From a virus (taxonomy: Duplodnaviria > Caudoviricetes), in the IMG/VR virus record IMGVR_UViG_3300032273_000002, positions 1 through 61,269 of that record: 61,269 nucleotides of DNA. The stretch is one strand, 5' to 3'. This document shows positions 41,937 through 52,646 of the stretch, piece by piece (the first letter of the stretch is position 1; every line of letters starts with the position of its first letter). The notes beneath the pieces are model-generated. The model was not told where the DNA came from, ran no database searches, and was given only the letters and a program-made list of their open reading frames with translations. A program made the translations under genes and the position numbers.

Positions 41937-44900
41937 TATTCTTTCTCCTGAAAGGCAAAGGCCTCTGCGGCTGCCAGCCGCGGACCCGCGCCGCTGGCAC
42001 TCGCTATCCCTGGTCGTGTCCCTGTTGCCGAGGCAATCCTGGGCCGTGAACCTGCGGCAGCGATCATCTTTGTGATATTGCCGATATAGTTCTCGGCCAG
42101 CGCAGAGGCCGTAAAGGTGATGCGGCCGGCCTTGGCCAGGTCTTCTTGGATTGACAGTTCGTCGTCAAGGGCGTTAACCGAAAAGGTAATCCTGCCGGCT
42201 TTAGACAGGTTTTCCGTTATCGTTATATTGTACGGCTCATATTCTGTGGCGCCCCAGGCCCCCAGGTTGTCGACCAGCGTATAATAGGTAGCCTTGAGCC
42301 ATGCATCGGGGCGCTCGTAATCAGAGAACCGGGCCTCGCTTGCCTCTCCTGCAAAGTAATAGGGCGATGAGTCGTTTGTGAAGCCGACCGAGGCCCTGTC
42401 AACGCCGGTCGGAAATGTTACCGATGTCGTATCGGTTTGTTTGTTGCTTCCGTTTGTAAGGATAGAGCGCTCCGTAGCGCTGACGCCGACACCGGCAAGG
42501 TGGCAAAAAACGTCATCGGTCAAAAGCGTCGTGCCGTCTTTCGTGTAGCTTGTTGTGGCGTAGTGATTTAACCGTGCATAGCCATCTTCAATATGCACCA
42601 GCACCTGCTGATCGGCTGCCGAGTTGTCGGCCAGGCCCATAGCTGGCCCGGTAGCCGTAGAGGCAACGACATTGGCAGGGCCAGCGACCTCGAGAGTATA
42701 GGGGTACGCCGTGATCAGCGCCACCGAAGTGGTCACCCCATCGTCGCTGCCATCAAAGTCGAGGCCTTTGCCAGGCTCAGAGTCGATCAGGTCGGTATCG
42801 GTCATCGAGCCGGTCGATGTTAGGTTGTTTTCGCCGGCCGTCGAGTCGAGCATTTGCGGAGAAGTGCCAGAGGGGTCCTGGCTTAAATGGTAGACACCAA
42901 CGAAGTTGTCATCCCATACCCGCTGAGCGATATGCTCGCCGGTGTCACCGACCCAGCCCTGATCCGGCTGGTCGTTGTCGTAATATAAAAAGAGCAAGGC
43001 GCCGTAATCCGAGTCAATCCGCGGCACCTTGACATGCAGTACCGCCTTTTCCGTTGAGCTGTCCCACGTGTCGATTTCGGCCGGCAGCAGCCGCCCCTGG
43101 GCATCGCCCACAGCCACTCTTTTATAATTGGCGCCCACCTCATCGAATATGTCAGTGATGTCAGTCGAGCCGGTTCCGGCCGCCGAGTCGAGCACTATGG
43201 CGATCGGAAAGTCTGTTAGATCGGCATCGATGTTCGTTGCTGGAATAACAAACGGTTTGCGATTGTTCCAGCCGGTCGGCCACTGGTTGGTAAGCTCGCC
43301 GGTAGAAAAGTGAAGCAGCTCGTCCATCAGCGTGGAATATGTGGCCCCGATCCAAGCCGCGCTCAGAGCGACGTTATAGGTCAACCGGAGCTCTCCAATC
43401 CGGCCCTGGAAATAATTACTGGCGGCACTGGCATGCTTTCCAATCGTGGGCAAAGCGCCATCATCGGTTCGAATGTTGCCCACAGAAGCGTTGGTGTCCT
43501 CGTCGATCCAGGAGCCATCCTCGTAGGCGTCCATGTGGGTCAGCGTGTCTCTGGCCATCGCGTTGTGGTGCCACAGGCCGTCATCGATATCCGCTCCGGC
43601 TGTTTGGATAGCAAGCGAATCACCGCCAGTGTCTCGCATGTAATGGCTGATTTTGTTGGTAGGCTGGACAATAAGTTCAACATAGTTGTCGGTGTCGGAG
43701 CCATAGTCGTTATAGATCCGGCCGGCAGCGGAGGTGTAGTCTTTCGAGGTTAAGTAAAAAACCTCGTAAGTATAATCGTATTGATCTGGATCAAGCAGGT
43801 TGCTGTTTGGAATGGTGATGTAGTCATCCGACCCATCGAAATCCAGGGCCATGCCCTTGGGCGACTCGACCAAATCGTTGGAATCCATCGAGCCGTAGAA
43901 GGTGCCGTCGTGACCGTTGGAGGTCGAGTCCAGCAGAGAGCCGGAGGGATCCTGGCACATATGGTAGACCGCTTCGAAGCCGGCGGTGTCCCATACATAC
44001 TCGGCGGCAGTGGCGCCGGTCACGCCGATATAGGTGCTGTTATCGGACTGGCTGGAATCAAAGTAAAGATAGAAAACCGTGTCGGCCGAAGATGAGATCG
44101 AGGGCAAGAGCACATGCACCTCGCCCCTTTCGCTGGTCGTGTTCCAATAGGCGATCTCTGCGTATGTCTGCGTGAGCCCATCATCGGTGGTCACCGCCAT
44201 CTTGAGGTTGTTTGCGCCCAGCTCATCAAAGATCGCCGTCACATCATGGCTATTTGTGCCACTGGCATCCGAGATCAGCACGGCCACAGGAAAGTTTGTC
44301 AGGCTCGAGGAGATCTTGGACGAGTCGATGGTCAGCTTTATCCGCTTGGCCCAGCTGCCCAGCCAACTGTCTTGGGTTTCGAAGGTGGTATCGTAGCTAA
44401 GAAGCGTGTCGAACAGAGAGTAATAAGTCGCCTTCATCCAGGCGTCTTCACGATACAGGAAGGTAACACGAATCTCGTCCAGCTCACCGCTCCAGTTTGA
44501 CCAAGAGCTGGTAATCGCATTGCTACCAAAATACTTTGATCCAGTGCTGGAGAGGTCGTCCACGTTGGTCGCTGCGGTTGTGGAGGTCACATCGTCTGCC
44601 GCATTGACCCACACATCCAAATCATTGCTATTGAGCCTGTCAAACCGACCACCGACATAATACCATGTTGTGCCATCCCTGGTGAGTGTCGTATCGCCGG
44701 TCGGCTCTGCGGAGTCGGTGCCGTCGCCCACCCAGAAGTGGGCGGTGTTGTCTGAGTGGAACCCCAGGATGAAACCGCCCTGGCCGGTAGTCCTGGTATC
44801 GACAATCGTATCCATAACACTGGCGGTATCAGAGTTGACGACGGCCTCCACGGTCAGGTCATATGCGGTCGTACAGTCTAAGGTGTCGTTATCCGGCACC

Positions 44901-47587
44901 GTAAACTCATCGTCGGTGCCATCCAAATCCCAGGCCTTGCCGGCCTTGCCGTCGACATAATCGCCGGTTAACATGGTGCCGGCTGCCGTGCCATGGTTCT
45001 CGTTCTTTGTGGAGTCCATGGCCTGTGGCGCTGTGCCGGATGGATCATCTGACATATGCCATACGGCCTGGTACTCGTTCCAGATCAGGAATGTGACCGA
45101 ATCACCGATCCCACCAACGTACTCGTTGTTGTCCGGTACATCGGCCGAGAAGTATAGATACAGATAGGTCGTATCGCTGCTGCTGATATTCGGCACCCTT
45201 GCATGCAGCACGGCTCTCTCGTTGGTATCATCCCAAAGGTCGACCTCGATGGGCAGTTGCGTGCGCCCATCTGCCAGGGTGATGGCCAGCTTTTTGTGAT
45301 TGGCGCCGATCTCATCGAAAACTGGCGTCATGTCATCAGTGCCGGTGCCGCAACTTGAGGAGAGATGCACGGTCAGCGGGAAATAATCCAGCGCCCCATC
45401 GATGTTGGTGGAAGGAATCGTGATTTTGCTGCGCTTGGTGAAGCCGCGCAGCCAGCCTGTGCCGGCGAAGGTTTCAACCGTAGACCAGGCGCCGAGGGCA
45501 TCGGTTGTTGTATAATAGGTTGTTTCCTGCCAAGCGGTTGTCCTGATATTTTCGTCTGTGGATATGCGGATTTCGCCGATGATACCCGTGAACCAGTTTG
45601 TGCTGTTATTGTTTGAACCTATCCAGTGCCCACCGCCATCGACAGTTGTGATCGTACCGTCTATTACGATGCGAGCCCAAACATCGTTTGCAACCGTGAT
45701 CGTCCCAGCCTCGGCTACTCCATCGACCCACTGGGCGTTGGTGGTGCCTTGCGCCAAGATGCACTGCCCAGTGGTTCCGGCATAAGTATCGGTCTCGATA
45801 ATAATGCCATCTTTGTCGCCGCCATAGCCACCCGAAAAGGCAACCGCCGATTGGCTGTCATACAAAGCCGTCCGTTTAAAAGCTATCTCAACACAGTACC
45901 TCATAGAGGCAGTACCGTTAAAAGCAGTTGAGATGTAATCGCTACTGCCATTAAACTCGATGCCTTTCCCAAAATCGGCATCCACCAGGTCGCCGGCCCC
46001 AAGAGATCCATTGGCAGTCCCGTGATAGCTGCCGGCGCTGTCCTTCATGGCCGATGCGCCGCCGGATGGATCCTGCGAAAGGTGCCACACAGCAAGATAC
46101 TCGCTCCACACATTTTGCACTACCGCATCGCCGGGATCCCCCACATACCCGTCATTGTCGGCCTTGGCCGCATCGAAATAAAGATAGAGGATCGTGTCGG
46201 TGTCGCCATCGACATGCGGCACCTTGGTGTGGAGCACCGCGCTCTCGGCGCTCTCATCCCAGGTGTCCACCTCGACAAAGAGCTGCCGGATGCCGGTGTG
46301 GTCGGTCACAGCGATCTTGTGGCTGTTTGCGCCCAGGGCATCGAAGATGGCGGTCAGATCAGAGGTGCCGGTGCCGGCGGTGGCGCTTAAAACAAGGGCA
46401 ACGGGGAAATCAGTCAGGTCGGCATCGACCAGGGAGCTGTCGATGGTAAAGGCGATCCGGCTCTGCCAGTCGGAGAGCCAGCTGCCTGCCGGCGCTTCGC
46501 TGATGGCCTCGATGGCGGACCAGGCGCCCAGGGAATCGTCCAGGGTGTAATAGGTGGCCTTGATCCAGGCGGCTGATCGGGCCACGCCCATCGAGATCCG
46601 CACTTCGGAGATGAGATCCTCGTAAAGGTTCTGAACAACCGCACTCTTTTGCTGGCCAATGGCCGGCACATAGCCCCCGGTAACATCTATCGTCCCGAGG
46701 CTTGCGTTTGAATCTGTCCGGATCAGTCCTCCGTCAAGATAAAGCGCTGCTGCTGTCCCGCTTCGCGTCATGCAGGCATGATGCCAGCCATCGTCGTTAA
46801 CCGTCGCACCATACCCGTTCATATCAATCGCGTTCGCATCCCCATCCCGAACGTACCCACGCAGCTTATTATCTGTATAAACATTGACCATATAAAGGTT
46901 ATCGGTATCGGAGCCGTAGTGCCCGAGCAAACACCCCTCGGCAGCGCTATAGTTCTTATTTGTCTTGAAAAAGAAATCGAGAGTAAACGTCCCGGTCCCG
47001 GGAGAAAAAGCCGCATTGTCAGGCAAAAGGATACCGTCATTTGACCCATCAAAGTCAATGGCCTTGCCAGGCGTACCGCTCACCAGATCACCGGAGGTCA
47101 TAGTGCCGGTGCTGGTGCCGTGGAGCACGTTTTCGGTCGAGTCCTTGATCTGCGGTGCCGTACCACTTGGGTCCTGCCCCATATGATAGACGCCAACGTA
47201 GTTGTCGTCCCAAACCATCTTGCCGGCATCGGATCCAGTGGCCCCGATATAACCGTTGCCCACTCCATCGGGGTCGAAATAGACATAGAGGCAGGTGGCC
47301 TGGCTTGATAAGATGTTCGGCACCCTGACATGCAAGACGCCGTTTTCGTTGTCCACATCCCACAGATCAACCTCGGTCCACAGCGGTGTCCGCTCGTCTG
47401 CCCCGCAAACGGCGATCTTGCTCCAATCGGCGCCAACGGCGTCAAAGATTTTCGTGACATCGTCGCTGCCGGTGCCAGCCGTGCTGTTGAAAAACAGCGC
47501 TACGGGAAAGTCGGCCAGGGCCGCATCTACGTTGGTGCTTGAGATCTCGAACTTAAAGCGGTAGCGATAGCTTTTAAACCAGGGCAT
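41936..47587 (-). CDS. 1883-aa fibre/adhesin with five tandem DUF2341 + LamG (ConA-like) units
   Basis: Five repeats of W..W..R..ITI.S..D..L.DFP / LY.YFD / VYH.SQDPSG / DFDGSDD / E.RIS...AW.KATYY.L. Confidence 0.88.
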   Translation of the reverse strand: MPWFKSYRYRFKFEISSTNVDAALADFPVALFFNSTAGTGSDDVTKIFDAVGADWSKIAVCGADERTPLWTEVDLWDVDNENGVLHVRVPNILSSQATCLYVYFDPDGVGNGYIGATGSDAGKMVWDDNYVGVYHMGQDPSGTAPQIKDSTENVLHGTSTGTMTSGDLVSGTPGKAIDFDGSNDGILLPDNAAFSPGTGTFTLDFFFKTNKNYSAAEGCLLGHYGSDTDNLYMVNVYTDNKLRGYVRDGDANAIDMNGYGATVNDDGWHHACMTRSGTAAALYLDGGLIRTDSNASLGTIDVTGGYVPAIGQQKSAVVQNLYEDLISEVRISMGVARSAAWIKATYYTLDDSLGAWSAIEAISEAPAGSWLSDWQSRIAFTIDSSLVDADLTDFPVALVLSATAGTGTSDLTAIFDALGANSHKIAVTDHTGIRQLFVEVDTWDESAESAVLHTKVPHVDGDTDTILYLYFDAAKADNDGYVGDPGDAVVQNVWSEYLAVWHLSQDPSGGASAMKDSAGSYHGTANGSLGAGDLVDADFGKGIEFNGSSDYISTAFNGTASMRYCVEIAFKRTALYDSQSAVAFSGGYGGDKDGIIIETDTYAGTTGQCILAQGTTNAQWVDGVAEAGTITVANDVWARIVIDGTITTVDGGGHWIGSNNNSTNWFTGIIGEIRISTDENIRTTAWQETTYYTTTDALGAWSTVETFAGTGWLRGFTKRSKITIPSTNIDGALDYFPLTVHLSSSCGTGTDDMTPVFDEIGANHKKLAITLADGRTQLPIEVDLWDDTNERAVLHARVPNISSSDTTYLYLYFSADVPDNNEYVGGIGDSVTFLIWNEYQAVWHMSDDPSGTAPQAMDSTKNENHGTAAGTMLTGDYVDGKAGKAWDLDGTDDEFTVPDNDTLDCTTAYDLTVEAVVNSDTASVMDTIVDTRTTGQGGFILGFHSDNTAHFWVGDGTDSAEPTGDTTLTRDGTTWYYVGGRFDRLNSNDLDVWVNAADDVTSTTAATNVDDLSSTGSKYFGSNAITSSWSNWSGELDEIRVTFLYREDAWMKATYYSLFDTLLSYDTTFETQDSWLGSWAKRIKLTIDSSKISSSLTNFPVAVLISDASGTNSHDVTAIFDELGANNLKMAVTTDDGLTQTYAEIAYWNTTSERGEVHVLLPSISSSADTVFYLYFDSSQSDNSTYIGVTGATAAEYVWDTAGFEAVYHMCQDPSGSLLDSTSNGHDGTFYGSMDSNDLVESPKGMALDFDGSDDYITIPNSNLLDPDQYDYTYEVFYLTSKDYTSAAGRIYNDYGSDTDNYVELIVQPTNKISHYMRDTGGDSLAIQTAGADIDDGLWHHNAMARDTLTHMDAYEDGSWIDEDTNASVGNIRTDDGALPTIGKHASAASNYFQGRIGELRLTYNVALSAAWIGATYSTLMDELLHFSTGELTNQWPTGWNNRKPFVIPATNIDADLTDFPIAIVLDSAAGTGSTDITDIFDEVGANYKRVAVGDAQGRLLPAEIDTWDSSTEKAVLHVKVPRIDSDYGALLFLYYDNDQPDQGWVGDTGEHIAQRVWDDNFVGVYHLSQDPSGTSPQMLDSTAGENNLTSTGSMTDTDLIDSEPGKGLDFDGSDDGVTTSVALITAYPYTLEVAGPANVVASTATGPAMGLADNSAADQQVLVHIEDGYARLNHYATTSYTKDGTTLLTDDVFCHLAGVGVSATERSILTNGSNKQTDTTSVTFPTGVDRASVGFTNDSSPYYFAGEASEARFSDYERPDAWLKATYYTLVDNLGAWGATEYEPYNITITENLSKAGRITFSVNALDDELSIQEDLAKAGRITFTASALAENYIGNITKMIAAAGSRPRIASATGTRPGIASASGAGPRLAAAEAFAFQEKE

Positions 47588-47594
47588 CTTTTGC

Positions 47595-47942
47595 CTATGG
47601 CGTTTTGTAGGTCAGTGGGTTAATTGGGAAATCAACGACATCACGCAGCGGCTTGCCGGCACCCCACCGCGGGCTCGTGTACGTGCCTTCGAAGGTCACG
47701 TATCGTTTAACAGGACCTCTGCCGAATATTTCCAGGTCGTCGCCTTCAAGCGGCAGCAGCTCGGAGGCCAGCGGTGTGGTGATCGTGACATTGAGCCGGC
47801 TGTTAACCACATTGTTGTCGATGTCATGCAGCGTCCAGGCCATCGTATCGGGTGCTACCGAATTGCCCTGCTCGTCTTCCCAGTCGACGCGGATCTCATA
47901 GGTGCTTAGCTCAATGGCGGGTTCTTGGATTGATATTGGCAT
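47595..47942 (-). CDS. Small Ig-like structural protein
   Basis: 115 aa, beta-rich; tail context. Confidence 0.65.
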   Translation of the reverse strand: MPISIQEPAIELSTYEIRVDWEDEQGNSVAPDTMAWTLHDIDNNVVNSRLNVTITTPLASELLPLEGDDLEIFGRGPVKRYVTFEGTYTSPRWGAGKPLRDVVDFPINPLTYKTP

Positions 47943-48084
47943 TGCGCTTATCCTTTTTGAGTATGCCGTGCTCGGCCGGCCGGATTATCGTTTTGGGTGG
48001 CTCGCCAGGCTCGATTTCTTTGGTATCGAAAAACTGCCGCTTCCACGGCTTGGTCACATCGGTGATGATCTGTTTAGAGGCCAT
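47911..48084 (-). CDS. 57-aa hypothetical protein (not in ORF track)
   Basis: MASKQIITDVTKPWKRQFFD...; AAGGAG SD; fills an operon gap. Confidence 0.5.
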   Translation of the reverse strand: MASKQIITDVTKPWKRQFFDTKEIEPGEPPKTIIRPAEHGILKKDKRNANINPRTRH

Positions 48085-50488
48085 AGTTTATCCAACTCCT
48101 TAACCCGAGATCGATCAGCGTAAAGCCAGCTGACTTCTCCCCGTTGCGAAACCTGAGCGTCGGCTGCTGGCTCTCGAGCAGCACCGGCAAGTTGTGCCGG
48201 CACGTTGCATTGGCGCCTTGCTTCGAGATCATGCTCACCGGAATGGCACCGATCTCAACATCGTTGTCGAGCATCGTCACAATCAACGTGCCGTTGGTGC
48301 GGGCCTCAAGACGCAAGACGATATCGGCCACCTGCACAACCTGGCCTTTGTAACCAAGCTGCAGGTCGACATAGGCATCGATGCCCTCGAGCACATCGTT
48401 CAAACCGTAATTGGATTGATACACCTGGCCGTCATCGATGCCGCCCACAACCTGGACGACAGCCGCCTGGCCGGAGTCGCCACTGACCTCGGTCATGCAG
48501 CTGAGCTCCTGGGAGGGAGTGTCAAAGGTCCAGGTGCGATCGGTGAGATCGTAAACGGGAAACACGTTGCACTCGGTGGCCGTGGCGCCACTGACCAGCC
48601 CGATCCGGATGACCCCATAGGCGCTGTCGTATTTAAGCCAGTGTCGCTGCTCGTAGCCGCGGCGGATGCACTCGGTCTCTGAGCTGTCGAAATAATTGCG
48701 GATGTCATCGCTGATGACCTGGACCGAGCGGCCATCGGTGGCACACACCCCGTAGCGAGAGATCCAAAAAGCCACGGTTTTCACGGCCTCGTCGGTGCGG
48801 GTGGCCACCGTGACACCGTCAATGACATCGATCGATTTGTTGTTCATGGCCCCGATCTGGCTGGAGAGAACGAGCTTGCCGAAGGTCTCGGGGCTGTAGC
48901 CTTCGAACAGGGTCACGCAGCCACCCTCGACGCCCTGCTCTTGCTGCCAAACCATCAATTCATTGTGGAATTTGCGAGCCCCTACAACACGGTTGGCTCT
49001 GCCGTCGCCGGCCTTCAGGATCCCGAAGTCAGCACCGTTTAGCACCATCGGAGAGTTGGTGCGAGACACATACAGATAGGCGCCCCACAGATCGAAGCTG
49101 TACACGGCCCTGTCCTTCCAGGCCGCGCAGCATCTGCCGTTGCCGAGCTCGGATATGTTGAAATAGGGCATGTACATCAGCGCCGGCTCGAAGTCGGCCG
49201 CCAGGGCGCTATCGAAAATAATCTCGTACCAGTAGGCCTGGTATTGGGAGGAAAACATCTGCCGCGGCATCACATCTGTTTGCCGGCCGAAGGTCATCCA
49301 CCCGGTGTGCGTCAGCCCTTCTGTGCCGTCGTTCACTGTGCCGACGCTCTGCCAGCTGTGGCCGTCCCAATACTTTAATGAGGTCAGGTCAACGTCTGCG
49401 GTCGTTGAGCACGGTATGCTGCCGACATCCCAGTACAAACCCTCGATCGGATCTGTGCATGCGACATATATTTTTCTGCCGGAGGGAAGGGCATTCAAAT
49501 CGATAGCAGAGGCGCCGAAGGTAGAATAATTGGTATCGGCCTGCTCGACCTGGACCTCGACACCGTACTGAGGGATGCCATCCCATATGTTGCGGATGTC
49601 CTGAAAGCCGGCTTGGTATTTAAGTGCCGTGATCTCGACCTCGGCATCCAGGGCGGCGCTGACCCGCAGTTGATACCAAAACTTGTTCTGGCCGTATTGA
49701 TATTTGTCCTGCTCATCGGTTGGTGCCGTCCAGCTCATAGATCCGGATTGTGCAAGCGTTGCTCCTGCCGATTCGGTTCCATCTGTAAGTCCGGACACCT
49801 GGCTCCAGGCACCGTTCCAATAGTACAGTGACGCTGTAGCAGCGCTTGCGTTTGCAGCGCCAACTGTCCAATCGAGAGCTGTAACAGGCACAGGCGTACC
49901 AATAAACACACAGCCAAAGCCAGCAAAGTTAGGCAAGCTGTCCAGTACAGCAGACGTTGTCGATCGGCCATCAGACACCTCTACGCTATAATCCTGCCCC
50001 TCAGTCGGGACGTTATCTGGAGCGGCGGTGCCCTTGTAAACGATACAGTTCTCGACGAAAGAATCTTCCCCGCTGTAGATTTGGTGCTGATCAACACCAT
50101 TGCTGTAGAGCATCAAATCCAAAATCGTCGCGAAGCTTGCGGGGATCTGGCTGGCGCTGCCGTCGTGCGCCTCCGAGCCAAAGGTGCCGGTTGTCACCGT
50201 TGGCGGCAAACTGGTTGCAACCAGCAGGTCACCGTCGCTCATTTGTGCAAAAAATTTGTTAAAATCAACCCGCGTCTTCTGGAATTCATACAGGTTCTCG
50301 ACACGGTTGCTTCCATCGGCTGTGGTGTGCAACTTCCTTTGTCCAGGGCGTTTCTTTATCCCGGGATGTGTGTTGCGCACGTTTTGGGCCCAGCTGTACC
50401 CGCCAAACGGCAGCAGCCCGGTTTCGATCGCTGTAATGGCGCCGCCGCGAAAAGGCGTGCCCTCCATTGTGGTCAATTTGGTCAGCAT
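48074..50488 (-). CDS. Tail nozzle / DNA stabilisation protein (P22 gp10 / T7 gp12-like)
   Basis: About 800 aa, beta-propeller-like; FRGG...AQNV...IKKRPG N-terminal motif; follows the adaptor. Start at ATG 50488 is inferred. Confidence 0.75.
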   Translation of the reverse strand: MLTKLTTMEGTPFRGGAITAIETGLLPFGGYSWAQNVRNTHPGIKKRPGQRKLHTTADGSNRVENLYEFQKTRVDFNKFFAQMSDGDLLVATSLPPTVTTGTFGSEAHDGSASQIPASFATILDLMLYSNGVDQHQIYSGEDSFVENCIVYKGTAAPDNVPTEGQDYSVEVSDGRSTTSAVLDSLPNFAGFGCVFIGTPVPVTALDWTVGAANASAATASLYYWNGAWSQVSGLTDGTESAGATLAQSGSMSWTAPTDEQDKYQYGQNKFWYQLRVSAALDAEVEITALKYQAGFQDIRNIWDGIPQYGVEVQVEQADTNYSTFGASAIDLNALPSGRKIYVACTDPIEGLYWDVGSIPCSTTADVDLTSLKYWDGHSWQSVGTVNDGTEGLTHTGWMTFGRQTDVMPRQMFSSQYQAYWYEIIFDSALAADFEPALMYMPYFNISELGNGRCCAAWKDRAVYSFDLWGAYLYVSRTNSPMVLNGADFGILKAGDGRANRVVGARKFHNELMVWQQEQGVEGGCVTLFEGYSPETFGKLVLSSQIGAMNNKSIDVIDGVTVATRTDEAVKTVAFWISRYGVCATDGRSVQVISDDIRNYFDSSETECIRRGYEQRHWLKYDSAYGVIRIGLVSGATATECNVFPVYDLTDRTWTFDTPSQELSCMTEVSGDSGQAAVVQVVGGIDDGQVYQSNYGLNDVLEGIDAYVDLQLGYKGQVVQVADIVLRLEARTNGTLIVTMLDNDVEIGAIPVSMISKQGANATCRHNLPVLLESQQPTLRFRNGEKSAGFTLIDLGLRSWINYGL

Positions 50489-50492
50489 GAGG

Positions 50493-51368
50493 TTACTCCG
50501 CAACGATGCCCCAGCTGCGAGCGGCTGGGGCAAAATCTGAGAATACCGTTTCGATGTCAACGTCTTCCTGGCCGTCACTCCAGGCCTGGAAGGTCGTGAC
50601 TAATTCATCATTGAATAGGTCCATGTCCGCTTTAGTGGCCTTGCTCTTGACCAGCGCGGAGGTCGTCCGGATGTTTAAAAGGGCTTTTTTTGCAATCAGG
50701 TGGTGAAAGACTTCCGGCAGATCCGAGACCAATCCGTAAAAATCGGCTTTAGACGAATTGTTGGTGATGGTGGCCACCCGCGTCGTGCCAACATAGTCGC
50801 TGATTTGATCGAAGATGTTCTCGTTAACATTCTCAACGATCATTCCGTTGTAATAATCATCGATGCGAACAGCGAAGCGCTCATCGAGGGTGATCTCAGC
50901 GGTGCCGGCAGTCGAGTTGCGGCCGGCGTGAATGTTCCTGGGCTTTTTGCGATACCATAGCGTGTAGGTGTCGGTCACGCCGGATTTGTCCAGGACCAGG
51001 TTGCTGCCCTTGTGATAATACAGGCGCTTGGAACCACCGCCGGAGGTTGATCGGGTCAGGTTGTCCTGGCGGACCCGCTCGACTTTGCGCAGCCGGTCAT
51101 CGAGAAAAACAACCAGCCCTCCATAGTCGTTGGGCAGCGCATACTCGCTGTCGACGCCAACGATCTCGGCTTTTTCAATAAAATAGCCTGGAGACCTATT
51201 AAGCGCCAGGCTATAGAGGTAAAGCTGAGCCGAGTTGATTTCATCCATCAACAGTTCATTCGGATGGGTGGTTGCCCCCTGCATCCCTGTTTGGATAGGA
51301 TCCGAATATTCGCTTAAACCATAGCGGACTTTCTTCAAGATTTCATAGGCATTGGAGTAGGTCGGCAT
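50493..51368 (-). CDS. Head-tail adaptor (T7 gp11 / P22 gp4-like)
   Basis: ILKKVRY...LMDEINSAQ...EYALPNDY...LPEVFHHLI pattern. Confidence 0.75.
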   Translation of the reverse strand: MPTYSNAYEILKKVRYGLSEYSDPIQTGMQGATTHPNELLMDEINSAQLYLYSLALNRSPGYFIEKAEIVGVDSEYALPNDYGGLVVFLDDRLRKVERVRQDNLTRSTSGGGSKRLYYHKGSNLVLDKSGVTDTYTLWYRKKPRNIHAGRNSTAGTAEITLDERFAVRIDDYYNGMIVENVNENIFDQISDYVGTTRVATITNNSSKADFYGLVSDLPEVFHHLIAKKALLNIRTTSALVKSKATKADMDLFNDELVTTFQAWSDGQEDVDIETVFSDFAPAARSWGIVAE

Positions 51369-51395
51369 TTATCCCCCAATGCACCGGCCGCGAGA

Positions 51396-52151
51396 TCAAA
51401 CTGACGGCTGCTCCTCAGGGAACGGCCGATTGTACAGGCTGATATATTTGTCTTTTATCTCGACCTGGATCTCAGGCGGTGCAGTTTGAATTTTGTCCCA
51501 GTTGCGCCCGATCCAGCCTTCGAAGCGATCTGTGCCAAGATATTTGTAGCCGAGTTCTTTCCGAATCTCTATCAGTTCAACGGCATGCTGCTCCTGGTCG
51601 CCATTGTCACCTGACACCTGAGCCTCAGTGTTGCCCTGCAGAAGAGACATGAGTTTGTCGAGCTGTGCTTGCATGGTAGACATCTGCCCCTGCATTGCAT
51701 TTAAATCACGGTCCTTTTTGGCAAGCAGGTCATCTTTGGCAGCCACCTCCTGTTTCAAGCCGGCCAGCTTCTCTACCTGTTCGTCACCGAAAACATATGG
51801 CTCCAGAAGCTTGATGCCGAGCTCCTCGGCATATTCGCTTATTTTCGCGGTTGGCTCCAGGTAGGGCAGTTTGCTGGTGGCCCGCGCCTCGTTTTGCTGA
51901 TTGTGGCGCATGACCTGCCGGCGTTTGAACTCCAGGTTTTTCTTGCGGCCGTTGGCCGCTTTGCGCTCCTCGACATCGCCCTGATCGCCATACTCCAGAG
52001 CGACCAGGCCGCGGTTGTCCAAATTGGCAAGCAAATGCCGTCCGCGGTTGTCGTCGACCTTAAGCTTTGTGCCGGGTTTGAGCACGGTCAGCTGGCCGAT
52101 ATAGGTGTATTCCATGGTCTCATTTGTCGGATTGAACAAAACAATCGCCAT
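51396..52151 (-). CDS. Hypothetical coiled-coil protein
   Basis: 251 aa; AAGGAG SD. Confidence 0.75.
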   Translation of the reverse strand: MAIVLFNPTNETMEYTYIGQLTVLKPGTKLKVDDNRGRHLLANLDNRGLVALEYGDQGDVEERKAANGRKKNLEFKRRQVMRHNQQNEARATSKLPYLEPTAKISEYAEELGIKLLEPYVFGDEQVEKLAGLKQEVAAKDDLLAKKDRDLNAMQGQMSTMQAQLDKLMSLLQGNTEAQVSGDNGDQEQHAVELIEIRKELGYKYLGTDRFEGWIGRNWDKIQTAPPEIQVEIKDKYISLYNRPFPEEQPSV

Positions 52152-52172
52152 ATCTCACACTCCTTTAGCTTT

Positions 52173-52646
52173 TCATGCGCTCAGGTTGCCTAAGGTCGCA
52201 TGAAACCTTTTGTCGGTCACTTTGAAAGCCTCTGTTTTCGGTTTAGGCGTAATCCGGCGAAAGGCCGAATTGCACTTGCTGGCGCCCATGGCACGGCCGA
52301 ATACATTCATCAGTTGGATTTTATCGTCCTTGGTCATGTCGCGAAAATTCTCACGAGAGCGCCGCCGGCACTGGTCCCGGTAGTCTTGCATGTACTTGGT
52401 CACCATCGATAGGCGATCTTTAAGCCGCATGTTCTCCAGGTCCCACCGCTGCAGAAACTCGACATCGCTTTGCCGCGGGCGCCTGAACTGCTGGTCCTCG
52501 GTTTCGATGACGGTAAGCGGCAGCGGCTCTCCGTAGCCACGGTCATAGGTGATAACAAAGCGCTCAAGAGACCACTGGAAACTGCAATCAAGTCTCTGAT
52601 CTAAACACTTCAGGGATCTCATGAATGATTTGTCGGCACGGTACAT
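52173..52646 (-). CDS. Conserved hypothetical phage protein
   Basis: 157 aa; AGGAGG SD; F...LK.LD.RL...W motif. Confidence 0.7.
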   Translation of the reverse strand: MYRADKSFMRSLKCLDQRLDCSFQWSLERFVITYDRGYGEPLPLTVIETEDQQFRRPRQSDVEFLQRWDLENMRLKDRLSMVTKYMQDYRDQCRRRSRENFRDMTKDDKIQLMNVFGRAMGASKCNSAFRRITPKPKTEAFKVTDKRFHATLGNLSA

